From Balamuthia mandrillaris (taxonomy: Eukaryota), in contig JAVKOQ020000030.1 in assembly GCA_031835245.2 (NCBI GenBank), positions 186,001 to 250,000 on the forward strand: a DNA stretch of 64,000 nucleotides, written 5' to 3'. The translations under genes were made by a program, and so were the position numbers. The notes under the pieces are model-generated. The model made no database searches, had not been told where the DNA came from, and saw only the letters and a program-made list of their open reading frames with translations. Shown here piece by piece: positions 37,101 to 48,973 of the stretch. Every line of letters starts with the position of its first letter. The first letter of the stretch is position 1.

Positions 37101-39626
37101 CTTTGTTTTTGTCGGTGTTGTGTTTGTCAGTGGTGTTGTTTTTGTCTTTGCTGTTGTTGTTGGATTTGTTCTTCCAGGAGAGGATTCGACTAGAGAAGAT
37201 GTTGTTGAGCGATCCTCCTTTCTGTTTGAGCGAACGAGCCCATGATGGGTCTTTCTTCTTCTTTTGTCGAATGCTTTCGAAGCGTTCTCGCAACACCTTT
37301 GTTTTCCAGAGTTTCGTCAGAAGAGAGCAAACAAAACCATAGAGGAGCAGAGCAGAGGAGAGAAAGAGAACACTAGAATGAGAGAAGCAAAAGAGACCTC
37401 ATCTAGATCAAGACTACTGCGAGCTTCATTGTACTCTTCCTTAAGCAACGGATTGGGCACAAGCTTCTCCGGTTCTTGCTTCGTTTCTTCTCCTGTCCTC
37501 GCTCTTGTAGCCAACGAAGCAGATGAAGAAAGAGGAGAGGAGGAAGGGGGAGAGGAAGAGGGAGAAAGGGTTCCAGTTGCAAAGTCTTTGGCTTTGCCCA
37601 AAATGATGCTTCCTCTTTTCTTAAACGCAGCTGCAAAGTCCGAGTTGGAGCGTCGATGACCAAACTTCAACGCTGCAGAGGGACCCTTCTTCTCTTTCAA
37701 CGGATTGTGGCTGTTGTTGAGGTTGTTGTTTCTTTGCTGAGGTTCAGTGTTGTTCATTCCATTTACAGAAGAAGTCGAAGCAGCAGCCTCCGCCGAGGCA
37801 GAAGAAGGAACAGTAGTTACAATGGAAGAGGAGGAAGACAGGGGAGAGGAAATAGGCGAAAGAGTGGGAGAGGTGGGAGAGGAGGATGGAAAAGCGGGTT
37901 GCTTGTAGTACTTTTGTATTTCTTCTTTGGAGGTTGTTTTGGCCAGAGAGCTGGTCCGTTTGGTGGCATCCTGCCTTTCCTTCAAAGGTATTGGTATTGG
38001 CGACGACGGAGGTGATGTCTTTAGCGATATTCGCTCTTCGCTCTCTGATAAAAGTTGTTTTGCTGTTTCGTTGCTTTCTTCTTGTTTTGCTTCATCTTTC
38101 TCCTTTAGTCCTTCTTCTTTCTGTGTGTGCTGCTGTGGTTGCTCTTCGAATAGATTCATGACACTCGGTTTTGCTCTTCTGGCAGACGAAGGACTGCCAA
38201 AGCTCATCGACAAGCGCCGACCCAGCCGTTGCAGGCCTCCTTTCTTCTTCTTCTTCTCTTTCTTCGTGCCGTCCTCATCCTCTGTCTCTTCCTCCGCTGT
38301 GTTTCCACCTTCTTCCTCCTCAGACGTGTCATCGCGAGAAGAATTGTAACTAGGAAGAGCCGAGGTGGACTGCATCGATGCTTCCTTCATTCGTTGCTTT
38401 CGCTCTTTCCTCCCTTTCAGCTTCTCTTCCCTCTCCATCTTTTTCTTTCTCGCCTCTGCCGCTTTGATCAGAGTGCTTCTTCCCAACGACCCTCCTTTCA
38501 TTGTCCAGTCATCCTCCTCTTCCTCGTTCTTTTCCTGCTTCTCCTTCTTTTTCTTTCTCTTCTTCTTCTCGTCGTGGTTGTTCTCTTTCTCGCTTAGCGC
38601 AGCTCGATTGCTGCTGCTGTTTTCATCTTCGGTTGTCGATGTTGACGTTGTTGTTTTGAGCGATTGTGTTCTTCCTCTTTTGTCTTTCTGTTTCTTCGTC
38701 TGCTTCTCTCCTTCTCTTCCTTCCTCTCCGTCCTTTCCTTCTTTTGTTGAAGAAGAACGAAGTCGAGAACGTCGCAACGTGCTTGGGCTCGGCGTCTTGC
38801 TCAGCCCTGTTGTGGCTGTTGCTGCTGAGCGCACCGCTTTCAACTTGGATGTGGATGCAGAGCTTCGTGAGGATGAGTTTTTATCTTCTCCATCCGCTTC
38901 ATCTCCATCGTCCCCATCATCCTCACTCTCTTTCTCCTTTTCGTTTCCGTTGGCCTCGGCAGAACGAGGCATGGAAGGGAGTGAGTTGGAACGGCGAGAA
39001 CGTCCTGTTCCTGTCAAGTATCTTGAAGCAGGCGAGGGAGGAGGTTTTGACGATGAGACGCCATTCTCCTCACCTTCTGTTTCCGTTTCTTGCTCCTCCT
39101 CCGTTTCTTCGTCTGTGTTGTTGGCAGAGGAAGAGAAGAAAGAGCCATCCTCCCATTCGCCAGAAGCAGAGGCAGAGGCAGAAGGAGAGACCAGCAAACT
39201 TTTACTGCTCTTCCGTTTGGTCAACTTTGGAGAGAACTTTTTCTTCAGCGAGTCGCTCAACGAAAGCTGCTTCTTCAACGTTGTCGTTCTATCTTTCCCT
39301 TCTCCTCCTTCTCCTCCTTCGGTCTTGCTGATCTTCTTTTTGCCGCTCCTCAACAGCTTCTTTTCCTTCTTCTTGGCTTTCTTCTCCGCTTTGAGGCGTG
39401 CCCTCTCCTCCTCCTCCCTCTGTCGCGTCTGTCGTCGCTCCAGCTCGGCCTCCTCTCGCTCCTCCTCGCGCCGCTCCTCCCGCTCCCGCCGCTCCTCCTC
39501 CTCCCATTCGGCCCTTCTTCGCTCCGCTGCTGACTCTTTCATCAATCGATTCGTCTCGTCTTCTCCTTGGAGGGAAGGAGAGGAGGAAGAGGAAGAGAGT
39601 TGTTGTGGTGGGTATATCGATGACAT
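31156..39626 (-). CDS. Giant (~2790 aa) coiled-coil protein with a C-terminal hydrophobic anchor (golgin-like architecture); intron at 37297-37397
   Basis: ORFs 37317..39626 and 31156..37296 join at GAG|GT...AG|GTG; about 1750 aa of E/K/R/Q heptads; ends LLVANMVVWLLGCCFILFWVL-SRLGRKGGALV*. Confidence 0.85.
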
Positions 39627-40376
39627 GTTTGATAATATTATAGCATGTCGGGAACGGTCGAGCTGAAGGAAAAAAACAGAAGTTGAGGTTGTTTGTTTGA
39701 GAGTTTACGGCAAAGAAGAAGAAGGCCGTTATGTGATCGGGAGGTCGAGAGAGAGAACAAAAAAAGGAGTTTGCGATGAAGTGAGAGAGAAAAAAAAAAG
39801 AGCGTTTGACGGAGTCCACTAAAACCGAAAAATAATCAAAAAAAAAGCGGTTCCAACAACCACAAGGAAAAAAAAAAAAAAGAGCACCACTTTAGTTGAG
39901 CCCTTACGTCTCTGAGTCTTTGTTTGTTTGTTGTTGGTCCTTCTTTTCTTTGATTGGAGTTATTATTATTGCACTTATTGGCCAATTATTTTCTTGTCGT
40001 AATAAATATCGAATCATAATCTCAACGGCTCTTTTTTTTTTGCCCTCCAGCTCACACTTGGGCAATCCGCGGCCCCCCTCCTTTCCTTTCCGTTGCCTGC
40101 TTGCTCGCTTCAAAAAACAAAAAAAAAGCCTCAGCTCATCGTAAAAACCAAACCATTGGGTTGGTGTGCCGGTGATCAGACGCCTGCACAAACCACTGGG
40201 AGTGGAGCGAACCGGCTTGCTTGAGTCACTTTCTGTAGACACAAGATAAAGCGTTACGTACATGTCGTCATGAATGTAGTTAAAAAGGAGCGACTCCTCA
40301 ACTTCCCGCCAAAAAAGATAGAAGCGAAAGTCAGAGCAAACCAACGCGCTTCGTTGGCTTGTTGTTGCGCTTAACG

Positions 40377-41561
40377 ATGAAACGTGCAAGAAAGGCAGCT
40401 TCGAGTAGTGGCAGAGCCCGTTCCCCTCCAAATGGCAGAAAACAAACTTCCGCCGCTACCAAAAGTTTCGAAGGAGGAGCCTCGCTCTCCGTCAGCTCGG
40501 CCGGGCCGACTCTGGTGAAAAGCGCAGACAGCGCCTCGCTCTGGAACTTTACGCTCTCCCCCGGCTGGACGCGCGCCGAGACGGAGGTCCTCCGCCTGGC
40601 CATCATGAAGTTCGGCCTGGGCAAGTGGAAGGAGATCCTGGAGGCCAACTGCCTCCCCGGCAAAACGCGCAGCCAGCTCAGCCTCCAGACCCAACGCATG
40701 ATGGGGCGGCAGTCCTTGGCCGAGTTCAAGGGCATCCACATGGACCCCCGCCTGGTCTTTCAGGAGTCCATCAAGAGAACGGACGTGCAGCGCAAGGCCG
40801 GGTTGATCATCAACACTGGAAATAACCCCACCAAGGAGGAGCTCCTGGCCAAACGGAGGAAGAACATGGCCAAGTATGGCCTCTCTCCAGAGGAAATAGA
40901 GGCCATTCAGTTGCCTACGCTGAGTGAAGTTGTCCACACAAATGAGAGCAGCAAGCACCACCTCAACAACAACAGGAAGCAATACCAACGCAAGAATAGC
41001 AAGCACAGTTCTGTTGGTGGAGAGGAAGAAGGAGAGGAGCTGAAGAGGAAGAGAGCGGAGTTGGCGATGTGGCGGCGGAGGTTGGAGGAGTTGCAGCAAG
41101 AATTGGACAGAAGAGAGGAAGGTACTGGAGAAGAGATCAATTGGAAAGCCAACCACCAAAGAAAGGTCACAAAAGCACCCGTTGCACCATCTTCAACTTC
41201 TTCGTCTTCTTCTCCAATATCATCGTCGACATCGAGTTCAAGTGAAGAGGAACAAGAGGAAGAAATGCACATGTCAACAAACGGAACGGAGCAAAGGAAA
41301 CCAGTTTTGCGAGTGAGATTCACTTTGAACGGAAATGATGTCAACAATATAAGTAAGAAGAGAGGACAAGACGAAAACGAAGAGCAAGAAGAAGAGGCAG
41401 AAAATGAGCAAATAGATATAGAAAATGAACAGAGAGAAGCAGAGGAGGAAGAAGGCGAAGAAGAGTCGGCATCATCGGAGGACAGCGACTCGGACTTTGA
41501 GCCAGTGGTCAAGAAACCTCAACGACGAGGCATGCCTCCTCCCAAACGGCAAAGACGATGA
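40377..41561 (+). CDS. p1-like (AMTP1-like) HTH/Myb-like subunit of the MTA1c DNA N6-adenine methyltransferase complex, intronless
   Basis: SLWNFTLSPGWTRAETEVLRLAIMKFGLGKWKEILEANCLPGKT..QL..QTQRMMGRQSLAEFKG...IINTGNNPTKEE...YGLS closely matches my recollection of the ciliate p1 core; acidic and basic low-complexity tail. Confidence 0.8.
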   Translation: MKRARKAASSSGRARSPPNGRKQTSAATKSFEGGASLSVSSAGPTLVKSADSASLWNFTLSPGWTRAETEVLRLAIMKFGLGKWKEILEANCLPGKTRSQLSLQTQRMMGRQSLAEFKGIHMDPRLVFQESIKRTDVQRKAGLIINTGNNPTKEELLAKRRKNMAKYGLSPEEIEAIQLPTLSEVVHTNESSKHHLNNNRKQYQRKNSKHSSVGGEEEGEELKRKRAELAMWRRRLEELQQELDRREEGTGEEINWKANHQRKVTKAPVAPSSTSSSSSPISSSTSSSSEEEQEEEMHMSTNGTEQRKPVLRVRFTLNGNDVNNISKKRGQDENEEQEEEAENEQIDIENEQREAEEEEGEEESASSEDSDSDFEPVVKKPQRRGMPPPKRQRR

Positions 41562-41826
41562 TGAGAGCGAAGCTTCCCTTTTTTCTTTCTCAAAACACCC
41601 GCCTGTAATCCCTTTTGCATTTCTCCTCAGCACCACCAATGCACTGAAGTGAGCGCGAACGACAAAGTCCAATCTTTGTACATGTCGTCATGAATATTGT
41701 CTGCTGAAATTTCTGCGCCAATCAAGATGAGTTTCGTATTTCGAGGAAATTCGGAAGATTATAAGACGAAAAATCGCAGAAAAAATAAAAACAAAGGAAA
41801 AAAAAATAGCAACAGAAGAAGAAGCT

Positions 41827-42294
41827 ATGGCGCGTGCTTTCAGGGACATGGATGCTTTCCTCAGTGGCCTTCCGACGGTGCTGGTAAGGGACCTCATGGG
41901 CAACTCTCCCACCTGCGATGTCGTCGACACCAAGGACGCCATGCTGGTCAAGTGCGAGCTGGTCGGAGTGAAGAAGCAGGACTTGGAGCTGAGCGTCGAG
42001 GAGGACACGTTGGTCATGCGCGGAGAGAAGCGACAAGAGGTCACCGAAGAAGATGGGGAGGGTCATACTTTGTAAGCATTGGCTCACATTTGTTTTCTAA
42101 TTTTTTTTTAACGAATATTTTTAAATGATAACAGGTTGCGAGAAAGAAGTTATGGCCGCTTTGAAAGAAGGTTCAATTTGCCGAGAGGAGTGAAGCCGGA
42201 GGCGGTGGAGGCCGTCTTCAAGGATGGGCTGCTGGAGGTCCGCCTGCCAAAGTCTCGCGAGGCGGGTGCAGCCTTCAACGTAAGAGTCAAGTAA
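41827..42294 (+). CDS. Small heat-shock protein (Hsp20/alpha-crystallin domain), one intron
   Basis: CDVVDTKDAMLVKCELVGVKKQDLELSVEEDTLVMRGEK...ERSYGRFERRFNLP...AVFKDGLLEVRLPK. Confidence 0.92.
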
Positions 42295-42356
42295 AACTTG
42301 CGCTTCCATCCTGTAGAAAACTTTTTTCTTTACTTTCATTTGTTGAATTCATTTCG

Positions 42357-42387
<31 letters not shown>

Positions 42388-42403
42388 TTTTCCACTTGCA
42401 ACT

Positions 42404-43559
42404 TTATTCTTGGTTCATCATTTTTCGGAATCCACTAAACTCTTTCCAAGAGTCTTTCGCTCGTTCCTCCATTACTCTTCCTAGCTCCATGCTACATCGT
42501 TCCACTTTATCGCTCTCATGTTCTGCGTCTGTTCCTCGTAGCTTTAGGCAGTGCAGAAGGCTTTGCCAAACGTCGTTGTGCCGTTTTTCGGTGTGGCATT
42601 GAACGGCTTCTTTGCGGCGCTGTTTCGCTTCTCGATAACGAAAAGAGAGCTCCAGCTGAAGGGCTTCATCTTCCGTCTCGAAACACGTTTTTAGCTTTGT
42701 TGTTTTGAACCATGTAAGCCATCTTTGATGCAAAACATCGAAGAACAAGAAAGCAGAAAGAAGAAAGAAGAAAGGAAGAACAGGAAAAAAAAAAGCATAG
42801 ATAAGTACTTCAGGGCGAGAACGGCGAAAGTGGGCAATCCAACGTTGGTTTGCTTGGAGCATGCCAGCAATGCCATAGTCTTTCAAGCTGCTTTCCAATG
42901 CTTGTTGTTCAAACGTGCCAAAGCATGAGTAAAAACAGAAGCGACAAGAGAGAAACGACAAGAAAGAAGGAAACGGAGAAAGAAGAAAGGAAAGACAGGA
43001 ACACAGAAGGGAGCAAGACCATACTTTGTAACTCTTCAGCACAAGGAGCGTCACCATGCAGCAGTTGCGTGGTGGAACGTGCAGAGGGACCTCTTGGAGA
43101 AGAAGAAGAAGGCGGCGAGGAGAACGTGGTCCAAAGGCCTTGCAAGGCAGCCGTGCCAACGTTGCCCAACATGCACTCGGTGCACCTGCTCAGATCCTCC
43201 GCTCTCTCTCGTTTGCTCTGCAGGTCGGCAGCATCCAGGGCCAACACTCCCTTCCACGACACATAGCTGGAGAAGCAGGGGTGGTTGGCATCTTTGGGAG
43301 GAGGATGAGGCAATGCAGAAGCAGCAGAAGAAGTAGAAGCAGAGTGAAGATCTTGAGAGGAAGAGGAAGCAGCAAGCTCAGACATGCAATGCCGGTACTT
43401 CAATTCCTCTGCATGAGCGTTTTGCAGCGCGGTCCAAATGGAGTAGAGTTGCCCGTCCGCGTGGTTCCCAACCTGAGCCTTTGCTTTGCTTTGAGCCCGT
43501 TTCCAGAGGGCTGGGTGGGCCTCACACAGGTCTTGAAACAACCAGCCCTTCTCTTGCAT
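42404..43559 (-). CDS. Uncharacterised protein, two introns (start uncertain)
   Basis: ORF 42909..43559 splices in frame (AEELQ-TLESSLKDYG) to the downstream exons of ORF 42404..43159. Confidence 0.5.
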
Positions 43560-43848
43560 CTTTCACCCTCCTTGCAGGCGTTTGTGCTAAACAACTGGTC
43601 CCATCGTTGTCCAATTCTTCTCAGGTTGAGCGCGAGGTGGCATGTCGACGGAATAAATGGCTGCTGCATTGTTGGCCAGATCGTCGACGATTACAGCAAA
43701 TTTTCTGCTCTTCGTTGTCGACAATAATTTCCTGTCGACTGAAATTATCTGTGGACGATTGCTGCTATTTTTGCTCGGTCGTCGACATAAATGTAACGCG
43801 AAAGAAAAAACAGCAAGGCAAGAACGAACAGGAAGGAAGAAGAAAAAG

Positions 43849-44945
43849 ATGGTAGTGCGGTACTGCAGGGACGTCCACCGAAAGGAAACGGGCGGAGTGC
43901 CCGTGTTCGAAATCCTGCTCATCGTCCCCGTCGTACTCTTCGTCCTCTTCCTCTGCCTCAAGCTGCGCAGCCACCTCAGCAAGCTGCGCCATGCTGAAAC
44001 CCTAACCGCCCCGCTCTACTACGGGCTCCTATGGGGCCTCAGCTTCTTCACCATCCTGCGCTGCCTCTTCAATTTTTTCCTCCCCGCCGACACCTACCCC
44101 GTCTACGACCTCTGCTTCATGCTGGTCTACTTTTTCCTGCTGGTCATGGAGGCAGGGGTGGTTTTCTTCCGCACCAAGAGGGGACCCTTGGTGGGCACCC
44201 GCCAGCTCCTGCGAAAGTTCCTGCTGGTCTGCGTTGGGGTGGCCCTCTCCTTCACCACCCCGCAGGCCGTCCTCATTTTCCGCCTCCACCTCCCCATCTT
44301 CCAGACGGGCGTCATCGCCAGCGCCGAGGGGGACTCCAACCACGCCCTCGTCTATTGGCTGTCGACCTTTGTGGCGCTGGCGGCATTCTACGCGGTGTTG
44401 CTTGGCTTGATCAAGTGGGTTCGCCCTGTGGCTACTTACTTTGCTGGTTTGCTGCATTTTTCTCCTCTCTTCTCTTCTCTTCATCGTTTTCTTTTCTCTT
44501 TGTCTCTTCCTTGCTGAGACTACTTTTTTTTTTTTGCTATAGCTCAATCACCATTCCTCCTTTATCTGGTGTTCATGTTGGTCTTTTATGTCTTTCGGGC
44601 TACCACCACTCTTTTTGCCATTCTTCACGTGCCCGCTGGCTATTGGTGCGCACTTCTCCCTCTTCTTTGACCTACATTGCACACTGAACTCTTTTCTTTC
44701 GTTGCAGTATGTTTGATTTGTCGAGACTTCTGTTCACTTTGTTTCATCTTCCATTGCTCTATTGGACTTTGCTGTGGCGATTCTTTCGAGAAGCCAAGCT
44801 TGCTGAGACATACTCTGAGATGGTGGTCAGTGGGTAAGTTTCATGTTTTTCCTCCGTCCACTTCGTTCTATCTTCTCTCCCCAGAGGCACTTACATTCAT
44901 TTTTTTGTCTTCTCACCTAAAAGGTATTTTGACTCTGATATGTGA
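43849..44945 (+). CDS. TPRA1/GPR175/CAND2-like multi-pass membrane protein, spliced
   Basis: FEILLIVPVVLFVLFL...YYGLLW...ILRC, FFLLVMEAGVV, PLLYWT and C-terminal YSEMVVSGYFDSDM* resemble the Tmemb_40 family. Confidence 0.75.
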
Positions 44946-45419
44946 GCCAAACCAAAAATGTACATGTGCAAGATAGAATACGTGTCTGTAGTTTGCTCTT
45001 GGTTGTTTATAAACACAAACGACGTTTAGAGATGAAAGGATGAAGGAAGGAGAGAAGAACAACAAATAAAAGAGTGAAGAAGAAGCAGAAGACTAAAGAG
45101 AAGGAGAAGCATTCGAGAGCTGAACTCACCAAAAGGAAATGAGATAGATGATGATACTTGTTGGAAGCAGAGGGTCAGCTACCATGGCAAGCTAACCACT
45201 CGACTGACTGTTCTAGCAAAATAATCTTCAGAGCTGAAGCGAAGAGGCCACAGAGGATCGCCGCCGTTGTTTCCACCATCACCAGTGCCTAATATTTGTC
45301 GACGGATGCTTTTTCCGGAGAGACACTTTTTCGATTTTTCATTGGTGCTTTGAAAAGAAATAAGATCGATCACGTCGACAAAAATCTTTTTGGGACAGCA
45401 GAGAGAGAGCGCAGCAAGC

Positions 45420-46494
45420 ATGAGCAAGGGAACCCCAATGGGGGCTGCGGCGGAACGACGAACGTGCACCCGCGTGACGGCCACCCCCGCTGCTTCGCTG
45501 GAAGGCGATCCGATCCTCTACCTTATGTTCTTGCGGGGATACCTCACCGTGGAAAGCCAAGGGCCGAAACCAAACTTGGAAGAAACGGCGGCGCCAAAGA
45601 GAACGCGAGCGGAGGCGGAGAGGAAGGACCATGCCAAGCAAGAGGTGGCTTCCAGTCCAGTCGAGACTGCCGCTCCGCTTCAAGGAGCAGAGAACGGAGA
45701 AAGAAGGAGCGAACAAGAGCCAACCACAAACGCAGCGGAGGAGGAAAGCAGAAAAAAACGCAAGATAGAAGAAAAGGCCCAACGAAATGAAGAAGACGAA
45801 GAAGAGGAAGAGGAAGAGGAACAGGAGGGGAAGGAAGAAGCATTGGATGTTCATTTGCCAGATGAGATCACCATGTACTCTTGGAGAAGCGACAGCCGCG
45901 ACGACTGCTTCTTGCAGGAACAGTGCTTTCCTGCAGCACAGGCGGACGAAGCTGTTCTCCTTTGGGAGAGTTTCAAGGCGAGAACAGCAGAGAAGAACAA
46001 AAATAAAAGCTATGAAGAACGGGAACAGCCGACAGCGGAGGAGGGGAAGGTGTTTGATGACGCATGCTTCTGCGCTTATGTGGAGGTTCACCACAGGGAA
46101 GAGGATGGCTGCCTGGACGATGAAGACTCGGATGAAGGAGAGGAGGATGAGCATAGCGGGCATCCGTTGGAACAACAAGTAGCGCAATGGCCATCAGAAA
46201 CGTGAGTGCGCTTCCATCCTCATCCTCTTTCGTCGTTTATTCTTCTCGTCTTGTGGTTGTTTCTCCTTCTATTTCTTACCGAACATCAACTCAACAAGGT
46301 GGGCCAAGTTAACGCTGACCACAAAGGAGCCGTCCTCGGGACCAAAACTTCGAGCAAGCTGTTTTGAGTGCGAACCAGGGCGTGGCAGCGTCTTCTATGG
46401 CACCAAGTACAAGTGGCGGTGGTTGACAGCAGTGGAGCCTGTTCCTAGCGAGTATGGAGCACGGCTAAGCGACTTTTTTGCCGTGAATATTTGA
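45420..46494 (+). CDS. Uncharacterised acidic protein, one intron
   Basis: ORF from ATG 45420; AC|GTGAGT donor near 46202; AG acceptor near 46278; last exon WAKLTLTTKE...FFAVNI*. Confidence 0.6.
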
Positions 46495-46753
46495 GTTTGT
46501 TTTTGGAGAGGCTATAATAGGAGCTTACAAACATGCTCGTTTTTTATTCAACAGGAACACGAATGAACAAGAGGATACTGAAAATCATATGTAGGAGAGA
46601 AAGAGAGCATTTGGCCGATGCGGTGTTGCTTGAATCCAAAAGAAAGAGCCACTGGGAGTTGCAAGGCTAGCACAGAGACAAAGCACACGAAAAAGAAGTA
46701 TGTGGCATAGCCGACAATCTGCTTTGGTCGTTTTCTTCTCCTCTCTTAGTTTG

Positions 46754-46822
<69 letters not shown>

Positions 46823-46914
46823 TTCAAACTAAACTTCACTATTTCATTCGAGGAACATAGGGGCAGTTTTAGAAACTCGCTTCTATTGGACACCTTGCAA
46901 AGGGTCCAGTGAAA

Positions 46915-47964
46915 CTAAACGGCATGATAGCGATGAGGTTGGTTTCTCACGCGAAGAATGATCAAGACTACGGTGGTGATCAATGCAACAGCAGCCACCA
47001 ATGACAAAACGCCAATGATGACAAGGTATGTGTTTTCTTTAGTCCATCCGCTGGCATTATCGTCTGCTGCTGTTCCGTTGTAATGTTGGTAGAAGTAAAA
47101 GCATGATGGGTGTGCTGTTTATTGTTTGTTTGCGGCCATAAAGAACGCAGTTAGCACCCGGAGAAACAGAATTGCGGACAAAGAAGAAAGAGAGGTACCT
47201 GGAGACTCAGCCTGACAATGAATGTTGAGATCGGTGGTGTAGTTGTCGCGGCGATACACCAGGCCGTCGCATCTCACTCCGCTCACGGTATCCAAGTCCA
47301 TCGTCCAATTGTAATGAAGCTCCGCTTGGAACGTCTTCAAGACTTGGTCGATTTCTCCTGCGAAGGCCAAGTGTTTCCCCGATTGAGAACAGTTGAGTTG
47401 AAGCGGAAGGGTAGGGCATATCGAGGCTTCTTTGTTTGGCTGAAAGTCCACCAACGAGAAGCTGGTGGGAGAGCCTCCTTCGCTGCCGCAAACGGAGGGC
47501 AACGAGGCATTCGACGTTGCGTTTGTTTCCCAGCGAAGGTTAGGGATTGGTATCTTGGCCATAGTCTTCAAAGCAACAGCAACATAGTTGACAACCGCGG
47601 AGGTGTTAAGCTGCGCGCTCCAAGTCACGTGGGGATGAGCCTGGAGGATATGGTGAAACAGCGCACCACCGGTAACACCGGTATCTTTCCATTTTTCCAA
47701 CGCTTGTTTGGAGTCGAAGAGCATTGCTTCCAAATGACAGTCTTCGCAGGTGGTGTTGGGCAAAAGACCCATCGTTAGCCAGAAACTGTTGGGAGCGTCA
47801 TAGGAAGAGAAAAGCCCTGCTTCCCAGACGCGAATGGTGTTTGGCTCAAAAGTAAAGGTTTCGTTTAGCTGCCAGAGAAGGTGACGAGACTCGGCTGCAG
47901 CGGAAACGCTCCAGAAAGACAACAACAAAAGAGCAGCGAAGGAGGAAAGAGTAATAACGCGCAT
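46915..47964 (-). CDS. Type I single-pass membrane glycoprotein, one intron
   Basis: Signal peptide MRVITLSSFAALLLLSFWSVSA, many N-x-S/T sites, Cys residues, TM YLVIIGVLSLVAAVALITTVVLIIL, short tail RVRNQPHRYHAV*. Confidence 0.75.
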
Positions 47965-48465
47965 GTTTCCTGGTGTTGTTAGTTTGATGGTTTAGACTAG
48001 CAGCGGATGAAAGAAAAGCAACAGGTGCTGAGGAGAAGAATCATTGTTTCGTGGGTTCCAATCACCTAGAATTCTCCCCGTTACACTCTCATTGGCGCAA
48101 TGTGAGAACGTGCTTTCTCCAATTAATCTACGTTGTCTTCATGTTAACTCGTTGCTGTGTTTGTTCCTCCCGGAACTAACAAGTTGACTCCGCCCCCGAG
48201 AATTTCCCAAGTTCTTTTCGGGTCCAAATCAAGAAACTTAGCAAAACCAAAAGAATTGAAGCGGTGATCTTTTTTTATCTTTTTTTAGTTTACTTAAAAA
48301 CTCTCTGTCCTCTCTCCTGTACTTGCTCGTGTCTTGCTTTGTCTGCCATAACATAGCCATACCGTAATCACCCACTTGATGTGACCAAGCCTCTGTAATG
48401 CAAACGCTGCTTTGCCTTGAAGTAAAAGAGGAACAGCCATATCTGACTCTGAATCTGACGGGGAG

Positions 48466-48973
48466 GAGGGCGCCACTGATGAGGCAGAGGATGCCACCAA
48501 TGAGAAGGAAGGTACTGCCACCAACAAGGAAGATGCCACTGATGAGGAGGAAGATGCTGCCACTGACAAGGATGACACCGATGAGGAGGAGGACACCACC
48601 AATGAGAAAGAAGGTGCTGCCATCAACAAGGAAGATGCCACTGATGAAGAAGAGGACGCCACTGATGAGGAGAAAGGCGCCACCGATCAGGCTGAGGGCG
48701 CCACCGATCAGGAGAAAGGCGCCACCGATGAGGCAGAGGGCACCACAAATGAGGAGGAGGGTACCACCAATGAGGAGGAGGGCGCCACCGATGAGGCAGA
48801 GGGCACCACAGATGAGGAGGAGGGCACCACCAATGAGGAGGAGGGCGCCACCGATGAGGCAGAGGGTGCCACTGATGAGGAGGAGGGTGACACCAATGAG
48901 GAGGAGGAGGGCGCCACCAATGAGGGGGACGGCGCCACCCTTGTGGAGGAGGAGGGCGCCACCGATGAGGGGG
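48466..48973 (+). repeat. Degenerate 21-bp minisatellite (about 24 units) that could encode acidic EGATDEE-type heptapeptides
   Basis: Unit GAGGGCGCCACCGATGAGGAG with variants; the acidic frame is open through the array but has no upstream in-frame ATG. Confidence 0.85.

Noticed and set aside
31208..39666. Long + strand ORFs over the coiled-coil gene
   Set aside because: Antisense shadows of a GAA/GAG-rich coding strand.
39896..40144. RNASEK/V-ATPase subunit f-like small membrane ORF
   Set aside because: No ATG, and the hydrophobicity is explained by T-rich promoter sequence.
41735..41760. Heat-shock element upstream of Hsp20
   Set aside because: GAA/TTC triplets are present but the spacing does not fit nGAAnnTTCn.
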